The notes: generated from the sequence alone by a model not told the origin. A stretch of 64,000 nucleotides of DNA from Oligoflexia bacterium (GCA_963758495.1 CAVWVI010000003.1:1472001-1536000), one strand, 5' to 3'; positions 9,189 to 19,741 are shown, counted from the stretch's first letter. Translations and numbers: made by a program.

Positions 9189-10688
9189 GTGAGTAATCAT
9201 TTAATCAGTTTGATGGTATTTTTCCCAACACTGGGTGCAATTCTACAGGCATTTTTACCTCCTACTCGAAGTCGGTGGGCTGCGCTAGGTGCGAGTATTG
9301 TTGCAAGCATATTTGCGATTTTTCTAGTTGCTTCATTGCAGACGCAGACTGCGGATTTGCAAGCTACTGAGTTTTTGGGTTGGGTAGGTTCCTATGCCAT
9401 TAGTTATGAAATGGGAATTGACGGACTCAATGTTTTGCTCGTTTTACTCATCGCAATTCTTTTTCCCGTTCTCATTGCTTGCGAGTGGAATCAAAAGACA
9501 GGTGCACGAGGTATGCATGGTCTTTTTTTAATTTTACAGACGTCGTTATTTGGAGCAGTTTGTGCGCAAGACTTATTCTTACAGTTTTTCTTTTGGGGTT
9601 TAAGCGCTTTACCTTTTTACTTTCTTGTCGGGATTTGGGGAGGAGAGGGTCGAGAAAGTGCTTCATTTAGATCGATGGTGACGGCCTCATTGGGCGATGC
9701 ATTCATTTTTGCAGCCCTGATTCTTGTTTATTATTCAGTTGATCCTCACAGCTTTTCTTTAAGAGAATTAGCGGGAGGAAGACTTGTAGGGAAGACATTT
9801 GATTTACTCGGCTATGAGCTTCCTGTTTCGGGGGTGTCTTTTGTCTTAATGAGCATGGGTTTATCTTTGCGAGCACCTGTCTGGCCTTTTCATGGTTGGT
9901 TTACAGAGGTTGCGCAAGAAGCACCTTCTTCAGTTTTTGTTGCCCTTTGTGCCGGGACTGTTCCAGTAGCAATGTATATCTTTGTGAAAGACTGTTATCT
10001 CTTATTTCCTGAAACTTTAGGTTATACGGGTAAGATTATAGTGATCGTGGGCGCCATTAATCTGATTATGGGTGGTATTTGCGCAGTTTCTCAAAAAGGC
10101 CTCCGTAAATTGCTTGCGTTTATTTGCATTGGCGAAGTGGGTTTGGTTTTAATGGGCATGGGTTCACTGAGTCCGCTAGGTGTTGTAGGGGCAATTTACC
10201 AACAGTTAATTTTAGGTTTAGGATTAGCTGGGTTTGGACTTTTTTCTGGTATTCTAGCTCATAGGACAGGCCATTCTGATTTTTTAAGTGAAGACAATGA
10301 GCGCATTTTTGGTGGTATTGCAACTCAGGCTCCTGCAATGGCCGTCATAGCGGGGATTGTGGTTGCATCGTTACTGGGTTTTCCCGGTTTAGGTGGATTT
10401 GTAGGGCATGCATTAGTCATCATTGGAACTTATTCGATTCATCCTATGGCAGTTGTAGTATCCGGCTTTGCACTCCTGCTTGCATCCTATTATTTATTTA
10501 CAATGTATCGTTGTATATTCTTGGGTAACTCTGGTGTAAATTCACATTCTTTTGAAGACTTAACTTATAGAGAACGTGCCTATATGTTGCCAGTTGTATT
10601 TGGACTTTTGTTTTTCGGGCTTTATCCAAAGCCTTTGCTTGAATGGATTAGACCTACTGTGCTGACTTTGCTGTCGACGATCAAATGA
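9189..10688 (+). CDS. nuoM: NuoM-like antiporter-family subunit, divergent (cluster 1)
   Basis: ISYEMGIDGL, YFLVGIWGG, PVWPFHGW, LGFPGLGGFVG, FFGLYP. Confidence 0.88.
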   Translation: MSNHLISLMVFFPTLGAILQAFLPPTRSRWAALGASIVASIFAIFLVASLQTQTADLQATEFLGWVGSYAISYEMGIDGLNVLLVLLIAILFPVLIACEWNQKTGARGMHGLFLILQTSLFGAVCAQDLFLQFFFWGLSALPFYFLVGIWGGEGRESASFRSMVTASLGDAFIFAALILVYYSVDPHSFSLRELAGGRLVGKTFDLLGYELPVSGVSFVLMSMGLSLRAPVWPFHGWFTEVAQEAPSSVFVALCAGTVPVAMYIFVKDCYLLFPETLGYTGKIIVIVGAINLIMGGICAVSQKGLRKLLAFICIGEVGLVLMGMGSLSPLGVVGAIYQQLILGLGLAGFGLFSGILAHRTGHSDFLSEDNERIFGGIATQAPAMAVIAGIVVASLLGFPGLGGFVGHALVIIGTYSIHPMAVVVSGFALLLASYYLFTMYRCIFLGNSGVNSHSFEDLTYRERAYMLPVVFGLLFFGLYPKPLLEWIRPTVLTLLSTIK

Positions 10689-10721
10689 TCGTTTAAGCTT
10701 GAGAAAAGAGGAGGAAGGCCT

Positions 10722-12191
10722 TTGAAAGAGTTTTTTTTGATTATGCCCGAAATCTTTCTGGCCTTAACTTTAGCTTTTGTAATTATAGGAGAAATCACCT
10801 ATTTTGGTGAACAAATCCGACTCATCACTGCCACTTCCCTTCTGGGTTTAGCAGGCGCTTTTGTTCAGACTATTATTTCGTATGAATATGGAGCAGCACA
10901 AGTATTTGGAGGAACTCTTTCTGTAGATGGGTTTTCTTTATTTTTTAAATTACTTTTTATTACGCTAGCGATGCTTTCTATTTTCTCAGTTTCGCAATCT
11001 CAGGAAATTGCTGCAAGTAGAAGAACTGAGTATTGCGCTTTGATTCTAGCCTCGGCTTTGGCGATGTGTTTGGTCGCCTCTGCTGCCGATCTGACACTGA
11101 TCTTTTTGTCGCTCTTATTTTTGAATGTGATCGGGTATTTTCTTGCCGCATATGGGTGGCGCTCTCTATTGTCCACCGAGGCAGCTGTAAAATATTTGGC
11201 TTTTGGGGCGGTCGCCACCGCGTTGTTGCTTTATTCTCTAGCCATTCTTTTTGCATTCACTCATACATTGAATATTTACCAAATGCATAAAGCCCTCGAG
11301 CTGGCGCCCTTATCCTACAATGTCATGTTGGTTCTGTTTACTTTGTGTTTTTTGGCTTTTAGTTTTCAAATAGGCGCGTTTCCTATGTATCTCTTAGTTC
11401 CTGATATACTAGAAGGTGCACCTACGCCGGTCTCTGCGTTTTTATCTTTTGGGGCTCGAGCCGCGGGGTTTGCAGCTGCAATTCGATTCCTTATTGTGGT
11501 TTTTGCCAAGCCTGGGACTGCTCCTGGGCAATGGGAAGTACTCGGGCAATTTGATTGGACTCAAATTGTTTCATTCGTCTCAGGCATGACTATGTTGGTG
11601 GGAGCATTGCTCGCCTTTCTTCAAAAGGGGGCAAAGCGTCTGGTAGGCTATCTCGTCGTAGCTGAAACAGGCTTTTTGTTGATGGGCTTGCTTGTTCTAG
11701 ATCAAGTTGGAATTGCAGCTTTACTTTATAATTTAGTGATAGAGCTTTTTGCTTTAATGGGGAGCTTTTATCTTTTATCTTTTATTTTTGACGAGCTCAA
11801 ATCAGACCGCCTTGAAGACTTAAAAGGAATGTTGAAACGAGCTGTACCTGAGTGCGTTTGTTTAGTTATATTCCTCCTCTGTCTAGTAGGAAGCCCACCT
11901 ATGCCGGGATTTATTGGAAAATTTGCATTGATAGGTGTTGCTATTCGGCACCATCGGATTGTTTTGGCAATGATCGGTATAGTTTCAATGGTTATTTCTA
12001 CCGGAGCAGTGATCCGACTGGCGTTTAACTTAGTTGGAAACTTCCAGGAATCTACGGGCCCAGTCATGACTGCAAGTTTTTCAAGAAAAGCTTACTTAAC
12101 TATTCTAGTCGTTCCCATGGTTCTTGTCGGAATCTTTGCTGATTTCGTATTTAGATGGGCCGGGCAATCACTTGGCTTTATTTTCTGGTAG
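10722..12191 (+). CDS. nuoN: NuoN-like antiporter-family subunit, divergent (cluster 1)
   Basis: STEAAVKY, PDILEGAPTPVSAFLS, GSPPMPGFIGKF. Confidence 0.88.
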   Translation: MKEFFLIMPEIFLALTLAFVIIGEITYFGEQIRLITATSLLGLAGAFVQTIISYEYGAAQVFGGTLSVDGFSLFFKLLFITLAMLSIFSVSQSQEIAASRRTEYCALILASALAMCLVASAADLTLIFLSLLFLNVIGYFLAAYGWRSLLSTEAAVKYLAFGAVATALLLYSLAILFAFTHTLNIYQMHKALELAPLSYNVMLVLFTLCFLAFSFQIGAFPMYLLVPDILEGAPTPVSAFLSFGARAAGFAAAIRFLIVVFAKPGTAPGQWEVLGQFDWTQIVSFVSGMTMLVGALLAFLQKGAKRLVGYLVVAETGFLLMGLLVLDQVGIAALLYNLVIELFALMGSFYLLSFIFDELKSDRLEDLKGMLKRAVPECVCLVIFLLCLVGSPPMPGFIGKFALIGVAIRHHRIVLAMIGIVSMVISTGAVIRLAFNLVGNFQESTGPVMTASFSRKAYLTILVVPMVLVGIFADFVFRWAGQSLGFIFW

Positions 12192-12224
12192 CACCTAGCT
12201 GCGCGTAGAGTTATAAAAAGTAAC

Positions 12225-12584
12225 ATGAGCTATATCCCTGTCTTAATTCTCATGTTGGTGGGACTGACCATTGGTGGAGCTATTCTTGTGCTTTCTACGT
12301 TATTGGGAAAGGGAATTCCTAATAAAAGAAAGAATATGGCATTTGAATGTGGTGTTCCTTCGTTTGGTTCCGCACGCCACAGAATCTCTGTCCGGTTTTA
12401 TTTGGTTGCGATTCTTTTTCTTTTATTTGATGTCGAGGGGATTTTCTTTTACCCTTGGGCAGTCGTTTATAAAAAATATCTCACTATTAATTCCTTTATT
12501 TTCATTGAGATGGCGTTTTTTGCTGCGATTTTATTAGTGGGATATCTTTACGTTTTGAAAAAAGGCGCTCTTGAATGGGAGTGA
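12225..12584 (+). CDS. nuoA: NADH-quinone oxidoreductase subunit A (cluster 2, canonical)
   Basis: FECG loop, FYLVAILFLLFDVE, KKGALEWE. Confidence 0.95.
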   Translation: MSYIPVLILMLVGLTIGGAILVLSTLLGKGIPNKRKNMAFECGVPSFGSARHRISVRFYLVAILFLLFDVEGIFFYPWAVVYKKYLTINSFIFIEMAFFAAILLVGYLYVLKKGALEWE

Positions 12585-12629
12585 CTTTTGCCGATAGTCG
12601 TCGGAGCAGTTTCTTGAAAGGTAAGTATT

Positions 12630-13254
12630 ATGGGTAAAGATGGATCAGTAGGATTTTTAACTACACGCTTGGATGCGTTTGTAAATTGGGGTCGTAAGAA
12701 TGCTCTCTGGCCCCTTCCCTTTGGGACGAGCTGCTGTGGAATTGAGATGATGGCTACACTTTGTTCAGATTACGATATGTCCCGATTTGGAGCTGAAGTA
12801 GTCGGTTTTCTCCTAGGCAGAGTGATTTACTCATTGTTGCCGGGATCATTAATCTAAAGATGGCGCCTGTATTGAAGACGCGTCTATGACCAAATGAGCG
12901 ATCCAAAGTTTGTGATGTCGTTTGGCGCTTGTGCTTCTTCGGGTGGCATTTTCAATGTTTATAGTGTGCTTACAAGGGATTGATACTATGATTCCTGTAG
13001 ATGTGTATGTACCCGGATGTCCTCCGGCTCCAGAAGGAGTTATTCACGCTCTGATGAGGCTTCAAGATATGGTAGCCAAAGGTGAAACTCATTCGCAGAG
13101 GCAGCTTGCTCAGCGTAAAAAACGGTGCAAACGCTTAAGGTTTGAAATCGAAAAAGAGGTAATGAGAATGGATATTAGACACCCATTCCAACGAATGGCG
13201 GCGATTGGTTACAAAGTTTGGAGATATTATGGAAAAAACAAACCGCCAAATTAA
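12630..13254 (+). CDS. nuoB: NADH-quinone oxidoreductase subunit B (cluster 2); about 3 frameshifts, ends uncertain
   Basis: [10 protein letters not shown], then shifted frames give [39 protein letters not shown]; indels near 12802, 12878 and 12970. Confidence 0.88.
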
Positions 13255-13730
13255 AGAAAAATTTGGGGCAGCGATCGAAGAAATTCGGATGCCCGACGAA
13301 TATCCAACAGATGTGCCAATTATTTATGTGAAAAAAGAGTCAATTGTGAGGTATTAAGGGTTTTAAAAGAAGAAGCGGAATTTGAGTATGGGTTCCTTTC
13401 TGATATTACAGCGACCGATGAAGAAATTGAGCCGCGCTTTGAGGTTGTTTACAATCTCTTTTCTCATCTTCATCGAGCTAGAATTCGGATAAAAGTGCGA
13501 GTACCCGAAGGTGAAGAAGTTCCTACCGTTACTCCTGTTTGGAAAGGTGCGGACTGGGCAGAGCGAGAAGTTTACGACATGTTTGGTGTTAAGTTTACTG
13601 GTCACCCCGATCTTCGCAGAATCCTCATGGATTCTCGTTGGGTAGGACATCCGTTGCGTAAGGATTACCCTTTAAGAGGATACCAAATCTTTACAGATGC
13701 AGAACCCATTGATCCAACCTTTTGGAGTGA
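13229..13730 (+). CDS. nuoC: NADH-quinone oxidoreductase subunit C (cluster 2); frameshifted
   Basis: GGAG + ATG 13229; after an indel near 13346, [38 protein letters not shown]; probable stop TGA 13728-13730 if one T is missing from the T-run near 13722. Confidence 0.85.
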
Positions 13731-13740
13731 GAAGGAATCC

Positions 13741-14992
13741 ATGATTGAAAGAATTGAAGCTCAGCCAAAGAAATTTGATTTGCCCGATAGCTATCAGGTC
13801 GAGCATGATCCAGACGATCTATGGGGCGATTCACGTTTTATAGTGAATATTGGCCCGACTCACCCTGCGATGCACGGCGCATTAAGAATGGTAGCGAAGC
13901 TCAATGGAGAAACTATCGAAAAATCTTACTGTGAATTTGGTTTTACCCATCGGGCTAAAGAGAAGTTGGGTGAAAATCGAACTTTTCACAATTTCATCGT
14001 TTATACTGATCGACTTAATTATTGCTCAGCTCTTCTGAATAATGTGGTTTACGCCATGTCAGTTGAGCGATTGATGGGCGTAGAAGTTCCTGATCGTTGT
14101 ATTTGGATTCGGATGATTTGTTGTGAGCTAGCACGAGTCATTGATCATCTGATCTGTATTGGAATTAATGCAGTTGACCTAGGGGCTTTTTCCTTCTTTC
14201 TTTATGGATTTCATCAAAGAGAAGAAGCGTATACTTTGATTGAAAAGCTGTGCGGAGCTCGTCTGACAACCTCTTATACTCGTATTGGGGGGTTGATGGC
14301 GGATGCTCCTGAGGGCTTTGAAAAAGAGCTGAAAGTCTGGATTACCAAAACCAGAAAAGTAATCGATGAGATGGATGAGCTTCTGACCAATAATAAGATT
14401 TGGCGTAAGCGAACGGTAGGTGTGTCGGTATTTAATAAGGAAAATTGTCTTCAGTTATAGCTATTCAGGTCCGAATGCGCGGGCAGCGGGGATTGATTTG
14501 GATCTTCGCAGGGACCAACCTTGCATGTTCTATAAGGATGTCGAGTTTGATGTTCCTGTGACTCAAAATGGGGATGTTTATGATCGATATATGATTCGGT
14601 TGGCAGAGATTAGACAATCCTTAAATATTTTAAGTCAATGCGCTGATCGCATTAAAAAGGGCCCTATTTGGTCAGAAGATAAAAGAGTTCGAATTCCAGA
14701 TAAAGACGTTGTTCATAATACAATGGAAGGAATGATTCATCATTTTAAATTCTTTATGACTGGTTTTGAAGTTCCTGAAGGTGAAGCCTATACTCAGTTT
14801 GAAGCTGCTAATGGGGAGTTGGGATTTTACATTGTGAGTAAAGGTTCGCCTCGTGCCCATCGGATGAGGATTCGGGGACCGTCGGTTTGGCATTATCAAG
14901 GTCTTTCGACGATGGTTCAAGGAGAGAAGATCGCAGATATGGTTGCCGGGCTTGGAAGTATCAATGTAATTGCCGGTGAGCTCGATCGCTAA
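13741..14992 (+). CDS. nuoD: NADH-quinone oxidoreductase subunit D (cluster 2); one frameshift near 14451
   Basis: AAGGA + ATG 13741; [36 protein letters not shown]. Confidence 0.92.
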
Positions 14993-15001
14993 AAAGAGGC
15001 T

Positions 15002-15487
15002 ATGTTAAAGATGGAAACCAAAATTCTTTCGAAAAAATTCTATGACCAGATGGCAAAATTGGAGCCACGCTATCCAACAAAAGTAGCGCTTCTTTTGCCC
15101 GCTCTCCATGCGGCTCAAGATGAATTCGGCTGGCTTCCGCCAGAGGTGATGGATGAAGTCGCTCGTTATATTGGAATTCACCCGGCGCAAGTTCGAGAAG
15201 TCGCTAGTTTTTATACAATGTATAATTTAAAAAGTGTGGGTAAATATCACTTAAAATTTTGTACAAATGTTGCCTGCTGCCTCAGAGGTTCTGATGAACT
15301 TTTGGAGCATTGCGAGAAAAAATTCGGAATTAAATGTGGTGAAACTACCAAAGATAAGAAATTCACACTGATGGAAGAAGAATGTTTGGGCGCTTGTGGT
15401 ACGGCGCCTGCGATGATGCTCAATAATGACTATCATGAAAAACTAAACATTCAGACCCTTGATCAGCTGCTAAATAGCTTGGAGTAA
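15002..15487 (+). CDS. nuoE: NADH-quinone oxidoreductase subunit E
   Basis: EVASFYTMY, CTNVAC, ECLGACGTAP. Confidence 0.95.
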   Translation: MLKMETKILSKKFYDQMAKLEPRYPTKVALLLPALHAAQDEFGWLPPEVMDEVARYIGIHPAQVREVASFYTMYNLKSVGKYHLKFCTNVACCLRGSDELLEHCEKKFGIKCGETTKDKKFTLMEEECLGACGTAPAMMLNNDYHEKLNIQTLDQLLNSLE

Positions 15488-15490
15488 TTT

Positions 15491-16769
15491 ATGGTGGATG
15501 ATTTTGATACTCTTTATATCCAGCATTTCAATGAGGAAGCACGCCCTCTTAATTATTATTTGAAGAGCATGGCGGGTTATACGGCCTCTAAAAAAGCTCT
15601 GGGTATGCCTCAAGACGAAATCATTGCAGAAGTGAAGAAATCCAATTTGCGAGGCCGAGGAGGCGCTGGGTTTCCAACGGGGATGAAGTGGGGATTCATT
15701 CCAAAGCAATCGAGTAAGCCAAAGTATTTGGTTTGCAATGCAGATGAATCGGAACCGGGTACTTTTAAAGATCGTGATATTATGAGGTACACCCCTCACC
15801 TTTTAATTGAGGGGATGATTATTGGTGCCCATGCTATTGGCGCAAATGTGGGCTATATTTATATTCGTGGTGAATATACTCGCGAAGCAAAACTTTTAGA
15901 TCAAGCTATTGATGAAGCCTATCTGAATGGGTATTTAGGTAAGAATATTCAAGGCTCAGGGTTTCACTTTGATCTCACCGTGCATCGTGGGGCGGGTGCT
16001 TATATTTGTGGTGAAGAAACTGGCATTATTGAACTCACTCGAAGGAAAGCGAGGAGAGCCTCGCGTGAAGCCACCTTTTCCTGCGCAGGCAGGAGCATTT
16101 GGTGGACCCACGATCGTGAATAATGTGGAAACTTTAGCAGCAATCCCATTTATTATGAATCGCGGAGGCGAGTGGTTTTCAAAATTAGGTAAGCTCGAAA
16201 AATCAGGTGGAACTCGCCTTTTTTGTGTCTCTGGACATGTGAAAAAGCCGGGCGTTTATGAATTGCCTGCAGGAAGTGTCACTCTGAGGCAACTGATTTA
16301 TGATTACTGTCATGGAATCTTAGATGATAAAAAACTTAAAGCGGTGATTCCTGGAGGATCTTCGGCTCCTGTCCTGACAGCGGATGAGATTGACGTCATA
16401 GTAGACATTGAACCGCTGATGAAGATCGGAACCATGTTGGGTTCAGCCGGAATTATGGTTGTAAGTGAAGACTATTGTGTCGTTAAACTCATTAAAAGAA
16501 TCACCAAGTTTTATGCTCATGAGTCCTGTGGGCAATGCACGCCCTGTCGAGAAGGCTGTAGATGGATGGAAGATATATTAGAGAGAATTGAACACGGCAA
16601 AGGGCGCGAGCAAGATTTGGCTCTGCTTTTGGAGATTGCAGATAATATTAATGGCAAAACTCTTTGTGCATTGGGAGATGCGGCAGCAGGTCCAGTAACA
16701 AGCTTTGTTAAGAAATTTCGAGCAGATTTTGAAGCTCATATTCGAGGTGGAAAATGCCCAAATGCGTGA
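15491..16769 (+). CDS. nuoF: NADH-quinone oxidoreductase subunit F; one frameshift near 16022
   Basis: [55 protein letters not shown]. Confidence 0.94.
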
Positions 16770-18175
16770 TTGATGGACGTGAAGTAGAGTTTACGCCAGG
16801 ACAAAATATCATTGAGGTCGCAAAGAAGGCTGGAGTATCCATTCCTTACTTTTGTTATCACCCAGGGCTTTCTGTAGTTGCTCAGTGTCGGATGTGCGCG
16901 GTTGAAGTGGAGAAAATGCCTAAGCTTCAGACAGCATGTTCCACTGTAGCCACCGAAGGAATGGTGATTAAAACGACCTCTCCTCGGTCTCTCCAAAATC
17001 AAAAATCAACCATGGAATTCTTACTCATTAATCATCCCTTGGATTGTCCTATCTGCGATAAGTCCGGGGAATGTGATCTCCAAGATTTCTCATTTCAGTA
17101 TGGTGATTCTTATTCCCGTTATACTGAAGAGCGACGCACTTACATGGACTTAGATATGGGTCCGGTAATTAAAAAGAATATGAATCGCTGTATTCATTGT
17201 ACACGATGTATTCGGTTTGGTGAAGAAGTTGCTGGTATTCATGAAATGGTGGCTGTGAAGCGAGGTAACAATACTGAGATTACCACCATAGATGGTAGGG
17301 CATTGGAAACAGATTACGCAGGTAATTATGCAGATATTTGTCCAACCGGTTCTTTAACTTTAAATGATTTCAGATTTAAAAAGCGAGTTTGGTATCTTAA
17401 AAAGACGCCCACAGTGTGTGAGGGCTGCTCCAAGGGCTGTAATATGGATATTCATCAGGATGCCGACCTGATTCACCGCTGTACTCCACGTGAAAATATG
17501 GAGATTAATAAATATTGGATGTGTGATGAAGGACGGATGAACTTTCATTACGTGAATAATAAAGAGCGCGTGATCGAACCTTCTGTTGGAAAAGAGTTAA
17601 ATTTAAGTGCTTCAGATTGGGGAGCTTCAATTGACTTTGTGAAGCATGCCGTTGCAGGAAAAAAAGTCACCGTATTAGTGGGATCCGATCTGACTCAAGA
17701 AGAGGGAGCTCTTTTGCTTCAGTTCCTGCCAAAGCATCTGCCTCATTCTTCAATGTATCATTTTGGAACTCCGGGGGTTGTTTTCGCTGAGGATGATGCT
17801 GCAGCAGATAAGATATTAAAAAGAAAAAGCAAGACCTCCAATCTTCATGGTTTTGAAAAACTAGGCATTAAAGGTTTTGAAAAAATGCCAACAGATACAG
17901 ATGTCGTCTTGGTGATTCGGGGCGGGCGTGCTGTAGTCCCTGATCTCAATGGTCTTAAAGCAATTGGATTAGGTGTATTTATGAGGTCAGATGTGGAGCG
18001 CTTTTTAGCGATTTTACCTGGAACCTCATTTGCTGAAAAAGACGGAACGGTTTTGAATTACGAAGGACGCGAGCAGAAAATCCGACGGGCTATTCTCCCA
18101 CCTGGAGCGTGTAAACCGCTATCCGAAATTTTAATGATGTGGGCAAATCGCAAGACTTCGTCTGGAGCAGCTTAA
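16754..18175 (+). CDS. nuoG: NADH-quinone oxidoreductase subunit G, short form (473 aa)
   Basis: FCYHP, CRMC, HPLDCPICDKSGECDLQ, RCIHCTRCIRF, CEGCSKGC...WMCDEGR. Confidence 0.92.
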   Translation: MPKCVIDGREVEFTPGQNIIEVAKKAGVSIPYFCYHPGLSVVAQCRMCAVEVEKMPKLQTACSTVATEGMVIKTTSPRSLQNQKSTMEFLLINHPLDCPICDKSGECDLQDFSFQYGDSYSRYTEERRTYMDLDMGPVIKKNMNRCIHCTRCIRFGEEVAGIHEMVAVKRGNNTEITTIDGRALETDYAGNYADICPTGSLTLNDFRFKKRVWYLKKTPTVCEGCSKGCNMDIHQDADLIHRCTPRENMEINKYWMCDEGRMNFHYVNNKERVIEPSVGKELNLSASDWGASIDFVKHAVAGKKVTVLVGSDLTQEEGALLLQFLPKHLPHSSMYHFGTPGVVFAEDDAAADKILKRKSKTSNLHGFEKLGIKGFEKMPTDTDVVLVIRGGRAVVPDLNGLKAIGLGVFMRSDVERFLAILPGTSFAEKDGTVLNYEGREQKIRRAILPPGACKPLSEILMMWANRKTSSGAA

Positions 18176-18178
18176 CCT

Positions 18179-19294
18179 ATGGATACTTTTAGCTGGATTG
18201 CATTAGGAGCGAAAGCTGGGTTTTTGGTATTAGTTCTTCTTCAAGTTGTGCCGATTATGGCTTGGGTAGAGCGTCGAGGTTCTGCGCTTTTGCAAAACCG
18301 TCTAGGTCCCAACCGGGTAGGGCCGTTAGGAATCATTCAATCTCTTGCAGATGCAATTAAATTTATTTGGAAGGAAGATCCAGTCCCCGGTCATGTTACG
18401 CCCTTTTATTATATTATTGCGCCGCTGGTTTCTCTCATCCCCGCTTTTATGACCTTTGCGGTGATCCCATTCGCAAGTTCTATTACGATAGAGGGTCGTG
18501 TTGTAAATTTTCAAGTGGCGGAACTGAATGTTGGATTATTATACGTATTTTCGATCGCCTCCCTGGGTGTTTACGGAATTATCATGGCGGGTTGGGCATC
18601 CAATAGTAAGTACACGATGTTGGGAAGTCTTCGCAGTGCCTCGCAAATGATTAGTTATGAATTATCAATGGGACTCTCTGTAGTGGGTCTTATCATGGCG
18701 TTCTCGAGTATCAAATTGGGAGATATCGTTCGACAGCAAGGTGAACTTCTGACTTCCTTAGGGCCCATTCCGATTTCATCTGCATTGCAAATTCCTAAAT
18801 GGGGAATTTTTATTCAGCCGCTTGGGTTTTTAATTTTTCTGGTTTCTGTATTTGCTGAAACCAACCGATTGCCCTTTGACTTGCCTGAAGGTGAATCGGA
18901 AATTGTGGCAGGATATCATCTTGAGTACGGCTCAATGAAATTCGCCATGTTCATGATGGCGGAATACATCAATATGATGACCGCTTCAGGTCTTCTCGCT
19001 ACCTTGTTTTTTGGGGGTTGGCAGCTGCTTCCTGGAATGGGCTTGATGCTTCATGGGGTTCAGGGGTTTTTTCAACAAACAGAGATGGCAGCAGAGTGGA
19101 CCCGAGTTATTTTTGAAATGATTTCATTCTGGCTTAAAGTCGGCTTTTTCATGTGGTTCTTTGTTTGGGTACGTTGGACCTTGCCTCGCTTCAGGTATGA
19201 TCAGCTGATGGATTTGGGATGGAAAGTGATGCTTCCACTTGCTTTGGCTAATGTGGTGGGCACAGGTATTTTTGTTTATTATGGGTGGATTTAA
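18179..19294 (+). CDS. nuoH: NADH-quinone oxidoreductase subunit H
   Basis: QNRLGPNRVGP, QMISYE, AETNRLPFDLPEGESEIVAGY, PRFRYDQLM. Confidence 0.96.
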   Translation: MDTFSWIALGAKAGFLVLVLLQVVPIMAWVERRGSALLQNRLGPNRVGPLGIIQSLADAIKFIWKEDPVPGHVTPFYYIIAPLVSLIPAFMTFAVIPFASSITIEGRVVNFQVAELNVGLLYVFSIASLGVYGIIMAGWASNSKYTMLGSLRSASQMISYELSMGLSVVGLIMAFSSIKLGDIVRQQGELLTSLGPIPISSALQIPKWGIFIQPLGFLIFLVSVFAETNRLPFDLPEGESEIVAGYHLEYGSMKFAMFMMAEYINMMTASGLLATLFFGGWQLLPGMGLMLHGVQGFFQQTEMAAEWTRVIFEMISFWLKVGFFMWFFVWVRWTLPRFRYDQLMDLGWKVMLPLALANVVGTGIFVYYGWI

Positions 19295-19297
19295 TTT

Positions 19298-19741
19298 ATG
19301 CTATTGAAAAAGAAAAAAGGGGTTTTGCAGGAGCTTTACCTTTTAGAGATTATAAAAGGGCTCTGGATTACAATTAAAAACTTTTTCTTTGCGCCTAAGG
19401 TAACGATTCAATTCCCAGAAGAGCGTAGAGTTTATTCGGAGCGGTTTCGGGGTGCTCATTATATCAAAGCGACCAATGGCGTAGAGAATTGTACCGCTTG
19501 TATGCTTTGTCCTACGGTTTGCCCTGCCGAATGTATTCATATTGAAGCTGGGGAGCGACCTGATAAGGAAAAATACCCTGTGAAATTTGAAATAGATTTA
19601 CTCCGGTGTTGCTTTTGCGGGATGTGCGAAGAGGCTTGTCCAAAGGATGCAATTAAATTGAGTACCATTTATGAAATGAGCACCACTACTCGTGAAGTTT
19701 ATGACAAAGAATTTTTACTCGAACAAAGGGGTGGTAAATAA
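19298..19741 (+). CDS. nuoI: NADH-quinone oxidoreductase subunit I
   Basis: CTACMLCPTVCP and CCFCGMCEEACP. Confidence 0.95.
   Translation: MLLKKKKGVLQELYLLEIIKGLWITIKNFFFAPKVTIQFPEERRVYSERFRGAHYIKATNGVENCTACMLCPTVCPAECIHIEAGERPDKEKYPVKFEIDLLRCCFCGMCEEACPKDAIKLSTIYEMSTTTREVYDKEFLLEQRGGK

Noticed and set aside
2306..12191. Cluster 1 as a decaying pseudo-operon
   Set aside because: No stops or frameshifts across about 9.9 kb despite deep divergence; overlapping start/stop codons and Fe-S cysteines are preserved.
13495..14460. Natural NuoCD fusion implied by the ORF track
   Set aside because: One more T in the run near 13722 gives a normal NuoC end (FLE-stop), and AAGGA precedes ATG 13741. Nearby indels point to error, though a fusion is not fully excluded.
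12780..16030. Programmed frameshifting or phase variation in nuo cluster 2
   Set aside because: The indels are at short, unrelated contexts with no slippery heptamers or long repeats.
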